The position numbers and the translations under genes were made by a program. Under the pieces are notes generated by a model. The model ran no database searches, was not told where the DNA came from, and worked only from the letters and a program-made list of their open reading frames with translations. Positions 62,495 to 64,000 of a stretch of 64,000 nt of DNA are shown one piece after another (position 1 is the first letter of the stretch; each line of letters starts with the position of its first letter). The stretch covers positions 51,987-115,986 of the forward strand of contig QHWT01000046.1 in the NCBI GenBank assembly GCA_003222675.1, written 5' to 3'. Origin of the DNA: Acidobacteriota bacterium. GTDB taxonomy: Bacteria > Acidobacteriota > Vicinamibacteria > Vicinamibacterales > 2-12-FULL-66-21.

Positions 62495-62904
62495 TATAAG
62501 TTCAGCGCTTCTATCTGCTGGAGCATGTCGGCGACGCGACCGCGAATGTGCGCGCGTTCGTCGCGCAGCGCCGTGAGCTCCGCGCCGGTGCCCTCGGCGT
62601 CCGTCAGGCGGCCGCGCATGTTGTCCAGCTCGGCCCGGAGACGCGTGTTCTCTTCCGCCGCGCGCGCACCCTCGGTGCGCAGCCGGGCGCTCTCCTCCTT
62701 TGCCTGCGTGCTTTCGGCGCGCAGGCGGACGTTCTCTTGCTTCTCCTGCGCGCCTTCGGCGCGCAGCCGAGCATTTTCTTCTTTCTCCTGCGCGCTTTCA
62801 GCGCGCAGTCGGTCAACGACCCCGACCAGGAGCTTCACCTTCTCCTCGAGTCGATCGATTGGCTCGAGATCAACCCCGCGCGTTGCTACCGCTGCTTTTG
62901 CCAT
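62494..62904 (-). CDS. coiled-coil protein upstream of zapA (ZapB-like by position)
   Basis: Start set at MAKAAVATRG. Carries 14-aa repeats: ENARLRAEGAQEKQ ENVRLRAESTQAKE ESARLRTEGARAAE ENTRLRAELDN. The function is inferred from context only. Confidence 0.55.
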   Translation of the reverse strand: MAKAAVATRGVDLEPIDRLEEKVKLLVGVVDRLRAESAQEKEENARLRAEGAQEKQENVRLRAESTQAKEESARLRTEGARAAEENTRLRAELDNMRGRLTDAEGTGAELTALRDERAHIRGRVADMLQQIEALNL

Positions 62905-62951
62905 TGTTCCTCGCGCCGGATCTTCGACCCGGCTTCCGTGCATTAAATTCT

Positions 62952-64000
62952 CTAGCGTCGGATCGCGCCGTGGGCCGACACGAGTGCGGCGACGATCCTG
63001 TCCATCGCCTGGTCCACTTCGGCATCCGTCAACGTGCGGTCCGGAGATCGGAACGTGAGACGGAGTGAAAGGCTGACGCGATCATCGGGCACGCCCTTGC
63101 CAAGGTACCGATCGAATTCGGTGACGTCGACGAGCGTGTCGGGTGCTGACGAACGGATAGTGCCACGAACGGAGGCCGCAGGCAAGATCGCCGCGACGAG
63201 AATCGACACGTCGCGGACGATCGACGGGAAGCGCGGCAGCGATTCCGCGCGCAGATCGCCGGTCGGCTGGAGCGCGGCGATGGCGTCCACGTCGAGCTCG
63301 AACGCGAAGAGCTCCTCGTTCGGCGGAAATCCGCGCGCGGCCAGGATTGCCGGCGCGATCTGGCCGATCTCACCAAGGATCCGGCTGCCCGACTCCGCTC
63401 TTCGAGCTTCGTCGCGGTCGCCCCGGAGCGCTTCGCGCGAAGGCGGAGAGCCGGACGCCACGAGATGGTTTTGGCCCCGCGCGGCAGAATCGTGGCCTCC
63501 TGCTGTGGCTTCCGTGTTCAGGCGAACGTGCACGTCTCCTGCGCGCCCCTCGACGAAATAGGGGCGCATCGCGGCTGACACCGTGACCTCGATGCCGAGC
63601 GTACGGCAGAGCGCTTCGACTGCGCCTTTTACATCGAAGAAGTCAGCGGCGCGCGCGGCGCCTGACCAGTGCGACGATCCGCCCGCGCCGGTCCACACGC
63701 CGGCGACGGCGCGGTTCTCGCCGTCGCGCGTGAACCGGGCGCCGGTTTCGAACAGCCGGATGTCGCGCCGTTCGCGCCGCCGATTGTAGGCGGCGGCGTC
63801 GATGAGGCCGGGCAGCAGCGAAGGCCGCAGCACGGCGTACTTCTCGGAGAGCGGATTCTTCAAGGCCGGCGGCTCGACGCTGCCGGCAAACGGAGCGGCG
63901 GCCTCGCGCTCCACGAATGCGAACGTCATCGCTTCCGACATTCCGCAGGCGATCAGCACCTGCTTGATGGTGCGATCCCGCAACATGCGCGGATCCGGTG
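62952..64000 (-). CDS. pheT: phenylalanine--tRNA ligase beta subunit, C-terminal part (N-terminus outside the window)
   Basis: B5-to-core region (NPLSEKYAVLRPSLLPGLIDAAAYNRRR). C-terminal FDX-ACB domain (PRFPSIVRDVSILV...EFDRYLGKGVPDDRVSLSLRLTFRSPDRTLTDAEV). The frame stays open to the window edge. Confidence 0.9.
   Translation of the reverse strand, partial: PDPRMLRDRTIKQVLIACGMSEAMTFAFVEREAAAPFAGSVEPPALKNPLSEKYAVLRPSLLPGLIDAAAYNRRRERRDIRLFETGARFTRDGENRAVAGVWTGAGGSSHWSGAARAADFFDVKGAVEALCRTLGIEVTVSAAMRPYFVEGRAGDVHVRLNTEATAGGHDSAARGQNHLVASGSPPSREALRGDRDEARRAESGSRILGEIGQIAPAILAARGFPPNEELFAFELDVDAIAALQPTGDLRAESLPRFPSIVRDVSILVAAILPAASVRGTIRSSAPDTLVDVTEFDRYLGKGVPDDRVSLSLRLTFRSPDRTLTDAEVDQAMDRIVAALVSAHGAIRR

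Overview
This is a clearly high-GC bacterial chromosomal segment (GC not computed). I infer Acidobacteriota from gene content, without a database search: relics of ADOP/MacB-type permeases, TonB-dependent receptors with a CarboxypepD_reg-type N-terminus, sulfatase-like TPR lipoproteins, and PD40 and Omp85 proteins.

About 55 protein genes are supportable. Housekeeping blocks:
- SahR-like regulator with ahcY.
- amidase-gerMN-rph-rdgB.
- pheT, a ZapB-like gene, zapA, rny and thiL.
- A heterodimeric ABC exporter pair.
- tRNA-Pro(UGG) and tmRNA.

Accessory-looking blocks:
- Two sulfatase-like/TPR lipoproteins flanking a TonB-dependent receptor.
- An ECF sigma/anti-sigma cluster.
- Two GT-C-like membrane proteins.
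- A GH27 alpha-galactosidase, porin, GntR regulator and TonB-dependent receptor cluster.

I found no integrase, transposase, CRISPR array or recognisable defence system.

The most unusual signal is not a gene. About 18 intergenic or intercistronic spacers are filled with short tandem word repeats, mostly 7-bp units. These are often arranged as inverted arms, and the same words recur at unlinked loci. In several places the repeats run into coding sequence.

Related oddities:
- A 334-bp nested inverted-repeat element, plus a decamer array, splits rph from rdgB.
- A 6S-RNA-like long hairpin lies downstream of zapA.
- One protein fuses an HExxH domain, PD40 propellers and an Omp85 barrel.
- Two relics of an ADOP permease gene are arranged in a way compatible with an ~8 kb inversion.

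All protein calls rest on motifs I recognise by eye in the supplied translations. Start codons are often uncertain. The many long antisense ORFs in the track are treated as high-GC shadow ORFs.
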